A DNA stretch of 64,000 bases. Origin: Podarcis tiliguerta (Eukaryota). Positions 1-46,842 of this stretch are shown piece after piece. The stretch lies in the NCBI GenBank assembly GCA_965153285.1, contig OZ229111.1; one strand, written 5' to 3'. Each line of letters begins with the position of its first letter. Positions within the stretch are counted from its first letter, which is position 1. The notes beneath the pieces are model-generated. The model was not told where the DNA came from, ran no database searches, and saw only the letters and a list, made by a program, of their open reading frames with translations. Made by a program: the position numbers and the translations under genes.

Positions 1-108
1 CGGCAGCGGGAGGCTCCATTACCTAAAGTGGAACCTCAGGTTAAGAACAGTTTCAGGTTAAGAATGGACCTCCAGAATGAATTAAGTTCTTAACCCATGG
101 TATCACTG
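1..108. mobile_element. Tc1/mariner-type MITE, cut by the window edge
   Basis: Same family as 50256-50470; ends ggtatcactg followed by TA. Confidence 0.75.
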
Positions 109-2061
109 TATCCCTTTTCCAGTTTAAGAAACCTAGCAGCATAGTTTTTTTTAATTCTGCTGCTGCTTTTAATCGCATTGTTGACTGTGTGCCACCATGG
201 GCATTTGGTCTGAAGCAACAGAATTGCAAGGTTAAAATGTTTTAAATAAATGACCAGCAAAGATATGTCTACTTGAGAGTAAGAAGCACTGTGTTCCATG
301 TGTTAGTATTTCACTCCTCCCATTGCAAGGATCATCTGATCCTATTGCTTACTTTCTGTTCCGCGAGAAAGGAAGCCTGTCTGTGTGACTTCTGTCTCTG
401 GTACTATTGTACTTTTTTCTTTCTGCTCTGTCTTGCGACGAGACAGGGTGTCTGTATGAGGGCTGCTCCTCTCATATGTGTTTGTTATGTTCTTTAATCT
501 GTAATTAGTAGAAATAAAGTAGGTATGCCCAGCTAGCTGCTTTTACTCTGCTAGACCAGGTGCTCACAAGAGAGCAGCTACGAGTCCCAGAACACCAGGA
601 CCCCTTCCCAGGAATGCTGCGTAGCTGTTCCAGTTGCCGGAGGAGGCCATGGGGCCTGCACTAGTGTTCCATTACCATGGGGCTTATGGCATGCATAGGT
701 TTGCAGGGCAAGTCAATTGCTTCCATGACTTTTAGTCAACGATGAATCAATTTGTGTTACGGCACCCCTGATCTGAGAGGTACAATCTTTTTGACAACCC
801 TTCCTCCCACATGCCGAGTTGAAGGCACCCACAACCTTTTTATTTATTTAAGGCTTTCAGGGTCACTTATAATACCTTTAAAAAGACAACAAAATAGACA
901 CCTAGGGAGGAGCTAGACTGTGTATACACATTTTCCCAACAAGATCTCAGACATCCCAGTGGTTTCTTTTGTTTCTGAACCTCTGGGCCAAAGCAGATCT
1001 TACTCTGGCCCAGAAACAGCTGCCAAAGCAGATATCAGTCCTCTTGCAGGGCAGGTCTTCCTCACCTGGACTGCCGCTGCTGCCTCTCACACTTTGGGCT
1101 CCCAATGTCCCATCATCCAGGAATAAACACAGTCGGAAGAACAACATGATGAAGGCGACACTTCTGCCTCTGGAAGCCAATGACATATCTTGACCTACTT
1201 CAACTGGAAATACAGCAGCTGGTGAGGGCACTTCCTTCTAATCTTTGGGAAAAGCAAAACCATGCCAGTCTTATGTAGCTGTAGCAACAAATCACCCGTT
1301 ACTCTTGATGTTTTGACACGCTCACTGCAGAATGGCTGGGAATATGCTCCTGTTTCAGCGCTAACTCTTTGTAGATTCCCATCTGTGACTCTATGAATAT
1401 TTGATGCCAGCGGCTACTCCACATACCCACATTACTGATAACTTTTGCCCAGGAGCTAGAGCACAATTATCAGCCGTCAGAGTAAGTTAAAAGAGCTCAT
1501 TCATTAGTAACATCAAAGGAGCAGATACATGTGTATATATTTGGTTTCCTAGGTGGACAATTAAACAAGGCAGGTCTTCAGCTAGTCACTTGCTCTTTAA
1601 AACTACGAAACTACTTTAAAACAACAAAACACAGTTCAGTTGAGGGCTTCCATTTAACAAGCAGAACCGTCTCTTTACTGCCCCCTTTCTTTTTCTTTTT
1701 CTTTTTCTTCTCCCTCTCCTTCTCCTCCCTGAATATTCATTATCCGCTCCTGTCCTGCATCATCTAAAATCTGTGCCAAGACAATCTTACAAGTGTAAGA
1801 CCCAGCTTCCAGAAACACTGCTTGCCTAGAGGCTGCTCAGAGTCAACCATGGAATTTCTCCGAATAAAACAAGGCAAATCATTATTTAGAAATGAACATA
1901 CACTTGTTTTCAAAGGAGGGACTCGTTTTACAATGAGTAACATATTTGGCATTGGGTTATGCTGATTTCCCTTTTTTATGCTTGTGATTTTAGTCAGTGT
2001 GAGCAGCTTTGGATGAAAGGCAGATAATCAAGATTATATAAATTTTCAAATAAAATATTCA

Positions 2062-2482
2062 TATACGGCCTAGGACCCTCGTACCTACGGGACCGCCTCT
2101 CCTGGTATGTCCCACAGAGAAATTTATGGTCTGCAAATAAAAACATCCTGAAGATCCCAGGCCACAGAGAGGTTAGGCTGGCCTCAACTAGAGCCAGGGC
2201 TTTCTCGGCCGCGGCTCCAATCTGGTGGAACACTCTGTCACAAGAGACCAGGGCCCTGCAGGACCTGACATCTTTCCGCAGAGCCTGCAAGACAGGCGCA
2301 GCCTGACCCCCTCCTCTGGCAATCTGCACAGAATTTTGTTTAATGGTTGCCATCAGTTTGATTTTACTTAATTTTATAATGAATGTTTTTAGAATGTTGG
2401 ATTATTTTGATTGTTGTTAGCCGCCCTGAGCCCAGCTTCGGCTGGGGAGGGCGGGATATAAATAAAAAATTATTATTATTAT
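2062..2482 (+). mobile_element. L2 LINE 3' fragment
   Basis: Encodes YGLGPSYLRDRL...RAFSAAAPIWWNTL...SFRRACKT (L2 ORF2 C-terminus); tail ttagccgccctgag...gggcgggatataaat with (TTA)n. Confidence 0.85.
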
Positions 2483-4733
2483 CATAGAAAGGCCAGCTCC
2501 CAGCATCCTGCTGTACTGTAAAGTGACCAAGACGAGAACCCAGGGTGAGGCCAAGTAAAGAAAAGGGCAAACTATGTAGACATGAATTTCAGTTCTAAAT
2601 AGCTACCACTGAGTTTTAAGGGGCAGAATAAATCAGGGTTGGAGAACTTGCAGATGTTGACAGGCCACCCCCAACTCCCATCAGTACCGGCCAGAATGGC
2701 CTGTGGTCACTCAGCAATGATGAAAATTGTTCTCCAACAATGTCTGGAAGGCTACAACTTCTTGGGCATCCAAGCAAAGCAATGGCAGCCACCAATCCTC
2801 ATGCATTCCACCCTCTACAGAGGGACTGAGCACAGGAAGAAGAGAAAACCTAAGCCAGACAGGTCCCTTGTTGTGCAGTTTTGTTTGTTGTTTCAGTTTT
2901 GTTGAAAGGGCTGAGTACACACAAACATTTAAAGCACATGACTTTCTCCAAATAATCCTGAAAACTGTAGTTTGTTAAGGGTGCCAGGGATTGTAGCTCT
3001 GCGGGAAGTTCTTTGGGGGAGAATGCATGTGCTTAATATGTAGGTGTGTATGCAACCTAACCCTTTAGGGGCAAGTGAAAATGTGTAAGAGAACATGGTG
3101 TCTTGTTTGCTGGCTAATTACTTGTTCCTAGGCAGCAGACAAGAAACGAGGCCATTAACAAAAGACCTAGCACAGAAGAGACATGAGTATTGCAAACAAG
3201 TGAGATTTCATTAATGCTCTTTTAGGTCAATCTTCAAAGCAATTCACTGGACAAGCTATCAAAAGAAACCGACAGCTGTAAAGTACTCCCCAGAAGATCT
3301 GCATTGCTACCTTGATGGATAATTCTGTCTACACATACCAAAGCAGCCGAAGGGGATCTCCTAGTGGCTAAAAGGAAGAGTGAAAATAAGAGTTACACTA
3401 TGGAGGGGAAAGAACCTGATTAGCATTGGTTCTTTGAAATTATATTCCTGTGATGTAACAATCAACAACAGAAGTGGATTCTGAAAGCTCTTATGGTTGC
3501 AGAGAGACTTATATGTCAAGGTTAGAAGAATAAACACCTACTATCCATAACTCAGTGGTCACTGTCTTAAGATCTTACTGCCTTTCTCCATTTGAAATTA
3601 TAACCTATCATACTTGATTGTGTTTGGGTGTCTGCTTGGATTTATGAACTGCCTATATTAATATATAAATTTAAATTAGGATTGATAGAGTGTTCTTATT
3701 GCTAACCTGAGCTGACATCATTTCTTCTTTTTCTTTGTTATATTTGCAATGAAAAATAGACAACTAGAACCTTGGCTCTGGAATAAGGTACAATCCTATT
3801 TAAAATAGTAGGACTTCTCTGAGAGTTTAAGTTAGCATTTATGGTCTGCCATTCACCCAATATACAAAAAGTGTAGTGTGACACAGACTCAGCTTCCAGT
3901 TTTGGGAGGGTTTTCCCACTACCCACCAGAGCTGGAATTTTCACTCCTGCGCCTTTGCAATTCCATCCTGATTTCAGAAAGAGGATGTTGCTGGTACTAC
4001 TGCTTCCACAGACACTAACTGTGGCTAGCCATCCCACAGCAGACCCCAGTGGAAACAAAAGAGAAAAACCAAAAGTAACATCCATGGATAAGTCCAGATG
4101 GCCAGACTAGACACTCAGAGCTCTGAAATAAGAGAGTCGGCACTCAAGCCCCAATTCTCTTTCTCATCACCCCAAGCATCTAGTCAAGCCACCAGGACTC
4201 ATAGCAAGCAACACCCTGACTATATTTGTGATTGGGCTACACTATGTTCATCCAGAAGTGAAAGGTAGCAGCAACCAAAGAAAGTCCTGCTTTTCCTAAC
4301 TGGTATCTTTTCAGGCAGATGCCAACAACAACAAAAAGATCTTTTGTTTTTGAACATTTAAAAGCACAACACTTTCTCTTGCAAGTCAATGGAGCAGCAA
4401 GCTTCTGAGTGGACCTGAGATGGCAGTTTAAGCAGTGGTATAACCTGAGTGGTATTTTGGCTTGAAATTAAAACCCTACTTTTAATCAGCAGTATTAACC
4501 TTGGGTAACATTGCAGGGTGAACAAAAACTACTCTCTCCCACCAACAACAAGCCTTATGAGTGGATATCTCCCCCTCCCCTACCCCAATCCCAGTCAGTA
4601 TCTGCATTTTATAGTATTTGAAATTGTACTTTTATCTGTAACAGCTTTTGCTTGCTTTTATATATGCAATAGTTGTTTTATATTTTTATTCTATTGTGAG
4701 GTCGCTTCAAAATGCATCCTAGGAAGTGATTTG

Positions 4734-4757
4734 TTAATTAATTAATTAATTAATTAA
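4734..4757. repeat. (TTAA)6 microsatellite
   Basis: Perfect palindromic tetranucleotide run. Confidence 0.9.
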
Positions 4758-5527
4758 GGATTGTATTTGCATTTGTAATAGCAATTATATTTTAAAATGT
4801 TTAAAAATACATTATAAATCATAGAAGGGTAGCATGTTAATCCGTTGCAGCAAAAAACCAAAAAGAATATAATCCCATATTATATTGTCACTCTACATTT
4901 TATATGGTGTATTTGTTTTAAAATTGTTAACTGCCATAAATCAAATGAATAAATCTGAAAGTATTTGTTCTTCTTTGGTAAAAAGATCGCATTTCTCTTC
5001 GCATGAAATAAGTCCTGAGCAAGAAAGATCCTAAACGTCTCTACCATTTCGGAGAGGACACGATGGAGCCCCACCATAGCTGAACTACATTAAAATTGTG
5101 ATTTTACTGTTTCACTTTTACTGCTCTCACTTCAGACCCCGCGAGGTTGAAAAAATGGCTTCTCCAACATACACCCGGAAGTTCCGTATCAAAAGAATAG
5201 GATGCGCCCCTTTATTTTCTTATCTCTGTGGTCAGAGACTTCTTTTTTTTTTAAGGTAAACAAGGTCAATTCCGGGTTATAGGTCACGTGACGTGCAAGC
5301 GAGCGGGCCGCAGGAGGGCGCGTTCAAGCGGCGCCGCTTGATGCTCTTTGAGCCAAACCAGCCAGTCACTACTCGCTTTCCGCCTCTCATTCAAAATCGG
5401 CGGCGACAGGCACCAATCGAGGCGAGGGTGACGCGGTGCCGTCATGTGATTGACGCACCTGGCAGCCACTGACGAGGCGGCGAGGCCTGGCGAGGGTGGG
5501 CGTGTGCGGCGGCAGAGTCGGCTGGTG

Positions 5528-40221
<34,694 letters not shown>

Positions 40222-41158
40222 TTGTGACATACTCTTGAACAAGAATATCTGTTAAGTCAAGAAGATTGCATGAGCCATCTGTCAGGTTTAATCGTATACA
40301 TTACCATGAACCTATTGCAAAAACCATCCAAGGAGCAGAGAGAAAAGCAACATTTGTGAACATAAAGCAGTCTCTATGCAGAGAGAACATTTGCATTATC
40401 GATGCTTTTTCTCTTTGTCGCATGACTGACAAATATTCTAACCATGCAGCTATTTCCAGTGATTTTTAGGTCCTAGAACAATGCGATATCTGTGTACAAG
40501 GTGTGAATGTTGGTAGCATTTTGAAGCGTTCTTGGCAGCGTTACATGTGAAAGCCTTGGGATGATTGATATTTGTGGTTTGAAGTTAAGAACGGCAAAAG
40601 ATACCGCAGATATCCTAATGGGAGAGCCAAGGTCAGGCATTCTTATGATTAAACTATTGACTGCTGAAGACCGCAGTAAGATTATGCCCCTTCATGAACC
40701 TGAAAATATAGGGCCTAATTCTCTACTCATGCGTGGCCTTTCCTGTATATAAATCAGGACTAACCCCATTAACGTCAGATCCAGCATGAGAGGAGAATGA
40801 GCCTTGCAGTGACCAAATTGAATAAACACCATTTGATCTTGTTCACAGGCCTGCTTTGATTCCCCCCTCTCCTTGTCCTCCCCAGTAGGCACAATCAAGT
40901 TGCTTTGCCCAGTAGTCTGGTAATGTTTTTGCTGTAAATTGGAAATGCACAGGAAAAAGTGTGTTCCCCAGGATAGCACGGTTGTACAAATACACTTTTA
41001 TTTACCATAAAGTGATCTCTACCAACTTCTGGATTAGAATATGAAGTTCCCTTCTGGGTATTTCTTGTAAACTATATTCCTGTTTTGAATGTTAAACTTG
41101 TGTTTCTAAAGTTTAATTTTGAAATGTTGGGATTGTTCAGTTTACGTATTTGAACGAC

Positions 41159-41164
41159 AATAAA
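41159..41164 (+). terminator. Likely main TCERG1 poly(A) signal (alternative AATAAA at 40821)
   Basis: AATAAA about 940 nt after the stop, preceded by a U-rich tract with TGTA-like motifs. Confidence 0.6.
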
Positions 41165-42575
41165 CCAACCCTTTTTATATATGGATTGTACATGCTTAGT
41201 AAATGGCTCATTACATTTGGGCAGAGTGGAGGAGGGAGAATCTGAAGCAAAGGAAATACCATATCCATAGCCCTAGCAGGGTATAAGATGGTGGCACATT
41301 TTTCTATTCCCTCTTCCCCTTTTTAGATAGGTAGGTGCTTTTTTCCTTCTTATTTCATTTCCAGGTTTTCTTGCGCAGTGGGAAGGAAAGTAAGTATATT
41401 AGTTCCAAGGCTGGCATAATTTGATGGCAGATGTTGCCACACCCACAGTGGGAAGACTTATGAGGGCTAACATTCCTGGACTTCCACAGCAATCATAGGA
41501 TCACATCCTGTTTATTTGATGAGTCAGGCAATATGGAAATCATACAAATAGGCATGGGATTTTTTTTTTTGAAAAATCGCCTACATGTTTAAAGTAGTCA
41601 AAATGCCAGAGCATGGGCATCATAATGGGGGGGGGGGTCATTTTTTACTTTTTGAGGGATTATATCAAAGGATAGTGTTTGCTAAGGGTTTGTAGTGGAT
41701 TCAGAGGATTCCCAAGCTAATGTAAATTGCTTTAGAGGGATTCTGGGCTTGTCCAAGGTGAAGCAGTATGTATGAGATGCCTCAAGACAAGAATCCCACC
41801 CCCAAAGTTTGGTGATTTGAACGCCCAACAAATGCTGTAGAGAACATGTCTCTAAAGCTTACCTTAAAACAAAAATGGCAGGGTGGTTTGAGAAAAAGGT
41901 AAAGCACCAAGAGAAATGGGGAAGCTCTTGTGATTGACAGGTCTAGCTTGAAATCAGAGGGAATGATTACTGTCCAGCTAGATTTGACTGTCCAATTCCA
42001 GTGCTTTGGGGGGAGGGGTGTGGGAGTAAATAGCCTTAGTGCTGAATAAGATACTAACAGCATCTATATTTTGTTGAATTTCAAGGTAAAAATAAAGTAT
42101 AGCTTTTATTTCTTAAGTACCACAGAGCACTTTAGCCGCAAATGCTTCTTTTAAAAATGCATAATAAGTATGTGCACATTTCCTCACTAATGAAAGTAAA
42201 GCAAGTTCTGCAGGGCTGTTTTCTCTTTAGAGTTGCCGGATCATTTATGATACTTGCCATGAATGGAAAATTATGGTGTTGTCATAGGTTGTATATGCAT
42301 TTACAAACACCCCCACCCCCTATTGCTTGCAGACCATTTCAATGAAAGAACTCGGATCAACATATGACTGGTGGAATATTTCTCCTGTATAATTCCAGAG
42401 ACATCCTACAGATGCAACGTATTATACTAGTATTGCTTTTCAGTTTTGTAGTACATTTTAATTTTGTGTCTATTTCTACGGTGCTGGTAAGGTACGCAAT
42501 ATAAGCCATGTCTTTGGTAAAGACTTGTCTTTATAAACTTGTCTGCTGAGGAGGTTTGTGGTTGCATCAAATATA

Positions 42576-42834
42576 CCGTATTTTTCGCTCTATAAGACGC
42601 ACCAGACCACAAGACGCTCCTAGTTTTGGGAGGAGGAAAACAAGAAAAAAAATATTCTGAATCTCAGAAGCCAGAACAGCAAGAGGGATCGCTGCACAGT
42701 GAAAGCAGCGATCCCTCTTGCTGTTCTGGCTTCTGGGATAGCTGTGCAGCCTGCATTCACTCCATAAGATGCACACACATTTCCCCTTACTTTTTAGGAG
42801 GGAAAAAGTTAGTCTTATAGAGCATAAAATACTG
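42576..42834. mobile_element. Tc1/mariner (Tc2/pogo-like) MITE with internal perfect hairpin
   Basis: TIRs ccgtatttttcgctctataagac / gtcttatagagcataaaatactg, flanked by TA. Confidence 0.8.
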
Positions 42835-44888
42835 TAGTTTACTACCTGAATAAGGTGAGCCTGGTGCAGCAGGAGCAATCTGCACACCCACGTCTTATTG
42901 CACAAACAGTAGCCAATGCAGTTGCAATCACACTAAGCGTACTGATGAAAGATACAATGCTCTGTACACAACCAAGTGAAAATACATGCACTTACGGATA
43001 CCCAAATGACTTGGAAGTTTATTGAAACTGACATGTTTAACCACACATAATCTAAGTAGTTGATTGGGTCGGCATTTTTTTTACAAGCAAAAATACAGTA
43101 GCACGTGATCCAAGAGCTGCATCTCAGGATATTTTGCAATGTCACAGAAGCACAACTCATATTTGGCAAAATGCAGTGTTGCTGTTCCAGATTTTGATCC
43201 AGTGGAATAATCTGCTAATGTAAAAAGGGGAGGTGATTTCTACCACTTCCCACTCAGCCTGCTTTGCCACCTAACACTTTTCTGGAGAATCTGCCAACTT
43301 CCTGAACAGACTTGCAGGAGGACGCAGGAGGAAAGGGTGAAAATTATTTTTCGTTGTATGGTAAAAGACCCTCTCCACTGGATCAACATTTGTTCTGCAA
43401 GCAGAAAAGGCAGCACTGGATTTCATCCACAATATACATTGTTACTCCCCAATGTCCTCAGTTCTATTAATGCAGCCTAAGGCAAACACATTGAATCTCA
43501 CAGTGTAGTAGCCACTAGAGGTAACAGAAATGTCTTTGGCCAGCCCTGTTAACAGTTCTATGCATTTAAAATGTTCCCAGGAACAGTTGTTGTGTCCCTG
43601 TTCGTTTCAGAGGGATGTGTACCAATTAAAATGTCATCAATACATCGGAATCGAATAGCTGCAAGATCTGAACTGTAACTTTAATCCCCTGAACTTTTTA
43701 TGTATGTATGTACAGTTCCACCTTTAAGCACTCAGAAAATCTATAAGGATGAATAGCACTTACGTTTTAAAAGCTAGTTTGCTGGAGTCAGTTTTTCCTT
43801 TCATATACAAATGTGCTTCAGCAGTTGTGAACAGTATTGCTATGTGATGGATAATGCATGTTGCCTTGCACTGAAATAAGACTAATCCTGTCCTACATAT
43901 ACAAAAGTTGTATTTCCAGAACTGTGGATATGAGCCACACCTGATGATAGAACTCAATCAGTAACTCACTTGCTCTTTTCAAAAACAGTATTTTAAATGA
44001 GAGTGAGTGAGTCCTCATATGAAGATGAAACATGCAACTGTATCTACAATTGAGAGATAAAGTAATATATAAATGATGTAGCTTTGGAAAAAAAATATAT
44101 ACCGGTTGCATAATAAGGTCCTGGTGCATTTGATGTAAGTGGCTCTTGTTCAAAACTTGCCTTGCTGCCAAATACAAATGTTATATTAATTGCTAAATGA
44201 CTATACAGTGGAATGGAAGATTTCTACACACCTGGTTTGGAACACTATACTTATACTATAAAGCTAATTTCTGTTATTCGTGTGAAGTGGCAAGCCCATT
44301 AAGAAGGCTGATCGGTTAGCAGAAAAACATGAGCCACATTTTCTTTGAGCATGTTTAATACATATTAAGTGTAATAATGAGAGAACCTGTCATGCATACT
44401 GCTTCATTAGTTAAAACCAAATTACACCTTTTGCTCTGCCCTTCTTTTTGAATTGGTCAAAACCTGTTCAAAGCCATAATTGTTCACCCCAAAGCGTGCC
44501 TACAAAACCTATATACAGAGTATGTATTATAAATAAGCACAAAGCCCTTCTGTTTTATAGTCATCTCATGCAATTTCAGCTCACTTCTTGATGCAAAACT
44601 ACTTTGCAAATGTAACCAAATTACTATTTTTTCCTTCCTGAAATTTTAACTTAAATCACCATCTGAAAGTACAAGACATGCATTTTAAGTAAAATGAGAA
44701 ATAAAAATCTCAAAGCAGAATAACTGGAATAATTAACTGACAGTTGCATTTGTTCATTACATTAATTCTGAAGACGTCGATAAGTCCCAAGCACACATGC
44801 AAAGGTGTAAAACTAAAGTAGTATACCCAGTTCAGCATTACTCCAAGTAAGCAACAAAATTATGATTATATATATCAGCTTTCTATCT

Positions 44889-46124
44889 TCAGTTCTGTTG
44901 ATCACAACCGACTGTCTCTTGCCCTTCATGTTCCCAAGGAATAGGGTCATTGTCTTGAGCATCAGGGACTGCTTCCCTGTCGTGCCAGAATTGTTCAACA
45001 TCTGGCAAAATGGGCATCTCCTTCTTGATTTCCATGCTTTCTGAGGTTTGAGGGATGGAGGGGGGCTCTTTTTCTTCATCAGGAGTCACTACCTCTGGAG
45101 AAGGAACAGAATCTGGGGCTTCCTCCGTGTTGTCAACCACTGTTTCCTCCTGATCTTCTGGGGCAGGGAGAGGTTTCTTCAGCGTAAGCCTTTTCCACAA
45201 GCCTTTGAAACCCTCCCTGAACTCTTCTGACATCAGTACAAAGATGAGAGGGTTGGCCGAAGAGATGGCAAACATCAGGACCTGGGTAGTGGCCATGAAT
45301 CCTTGTGGGGGAGCAGGCCCACCCTTCTTCAGGTGCCAGACCCACAGCCAAGATATCCAGTCAGGAAGCCACATCAAGGCAGAGGTGACAGTAACACTCA
45401 GAAGCATCATAGTCAGGCACCTGGATCTGATCTGGTTCCTCAGGTTCTGAGTCTTGGTCCCCCTCCGCTGGCATCTGCCATAAGCTCTCCAGAAATAAAA
45501 GAAAGCAAAAGTGAGGGGGGTGCAAAAGACCAGCAGGGGATAAAGCTTGACAAAGGCTGACATAAACTCGTGAGCGTGGGCTGGAATGATCACGATGCAC
45601 AAAGCAGAGCCTACCTCTGGCTCCCAGAGGCTGCTGAAGAACCACAAAGGCAGCGGGATTCCCAAGGCCAGCAGCCAAATCGCCAGCAGCACAACGCAGA
45701 TGGTGTGCCATTTGATGCTCACCTGCTTAGCCGGGTTATTTGCATACATGAAGCAAGTCTTGGCAACCACAGCGATGGTCAAGCTCTTGGCTGTCATGCA
45801 AGCATGTCGGAACCAGTCGGAGGTTTTGCAAAGAAACCACCCCAGGTACCAGGCTCCTCTGGAGTAAGCCGCTGCCCTGAAGGGCACAACAAAGAGGACG
45901 AGGAGCAGGTCTGCCAGGCTGAGGTTGAGGATCAAGGAGTGGATCATGGACGGCTTCCCTTTCTTGGAGTTGTACAGTAGGATCCCAATGACACACACAT
46001 TCCCTGCAAAGCCAGCCAGGCAGATCACCCCCAAGAAGGCTGGGATCACCACCTTCCACTCCTTGGAATCCTGGGGCTCATAGCCTCCTGCATAATGGAT
46101 TGGTAAAGCCAGGGAATTGTTCAT
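44889..46124 (-). CDS. GPR151: G protein-coupled receptor 151 (galanin-receptor-like orphan class A GPCR), intronless, 411 aa
   Basis: Seven hydrophobic segments with GN (TM1), LSLADLL (TM2), WLP (TM6) and SSANPLIF (TM7); acidic tail with ILPDVEQFWH...PIPWEHE; ACCATG Kozak context; position next to TCERG1. Confidence 0.96.
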   Translation of the reverse strand: MNNSLALPIHYAGGYEPQDSKEWKVVIPAFLGVICLAGFAGNVCVIGILLYNSKKGKPSMIHSLILNLSLADLLLVLFVVPFRAAAYSRGAWYLGWFLCKTSDWFRHACMTAKSLTIAVVAKTCFMYANNPAKQVSIKWHTICVVLLAIWLLALGIPLPLWFFSSLWEPEVGSALCIVIIPAHAHEFMSAFVKLYPLLVFCTPLTFAFFYFWRAYGRCQRRGTKTQNLRNQIRSRCLTMMLLSVTVTSALMWLPDWISWLWVWHLKKGGPAPPQGFMATTQVLMFAISSANPLIFVLMSEEFREGFKGLWKRLTLKKPLPAPEDQEETVVDNTEEAPDSVPSPEVVTPDEEKEPPSIPQTSESMEIKKEMPILPDVEQFWHDREAVPDAQDNDPIPWEHEGQETVGCDQQN

Positions 46125-46325
46125 GGTGCTGAAGGCAGATTCTGTCCACCAAAGCCTCTGTTATTGTTGATGATGCACGCCAATGGGAGGTAAATCCTCC
46201 TTGCGCCGTTCTGTCTCCTTTAAGCCCTCTGTGGGTGAGGAAAATCTACCATTCTGTAAGTAATACAAAACCTCTGCGAAAAGCCTTGATACAGTACATG
46301 TGGTTCTAGCCAGACCCTCTCATTG

Positions 46326-46440
46326 CTATATACCTGCGACGGCTTTGATTGACAGTCCCCCGGTGGGAGCACGTAGCCTGCTGCTTATTAGCAAGTCTAA
46401 TAACCTGTGTAGCAGCCCCATGGAGTAATTAAAGTGATTC
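46326..46440 (-). promoter_or_regulatory. Candidate GPR151 core promoter
   Basis: TATATAG on the - strand at 46326-46332, about 200 nt upstream of the ATG; PBX/MEIS decamer TGATTGACAG 46346-46355; TAATTA ~46426. Confidence 0.5.
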
Positions 46441-46842
46441 TTCCCTAAATGATGTAAAACTCAAAAATGCTGTGCCCGATTCCTTTTATTACTATTATTA
46501 TTATTTTTACAAACGATAATGTGCAGCTAATCTCTGGACATTTATTAGCGTAAACAGCAGGACTGAATGGTTTTCTGATTTCGATGCTAATTTGAACTTG
46601 GGCCATTGGCTAAAATAATTCTGCAACCATGCCAAAAATATGTAGAACTCAAAAAGCTCCACTCCAGGTGCTACAGGTGCAAGCTTCATAGAAAATTGCC
46701 TTTGCAGTTCTGGGAGTTAATGACAGGATGGTGTCACTGCACAGACTCTCTCAATGCTTTGATAAACATTTGACGTGGGTATATTCCATGCTCTTTTACT
46801 GGGTTTTTTTTAAAATAAAAAACTTACCTTTATATTATTTTA

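Noticed and set aside
45048-46059. Antisense and alternate-frame ORFs over GPR151
   Set aside because: Shadows of the real CDS.
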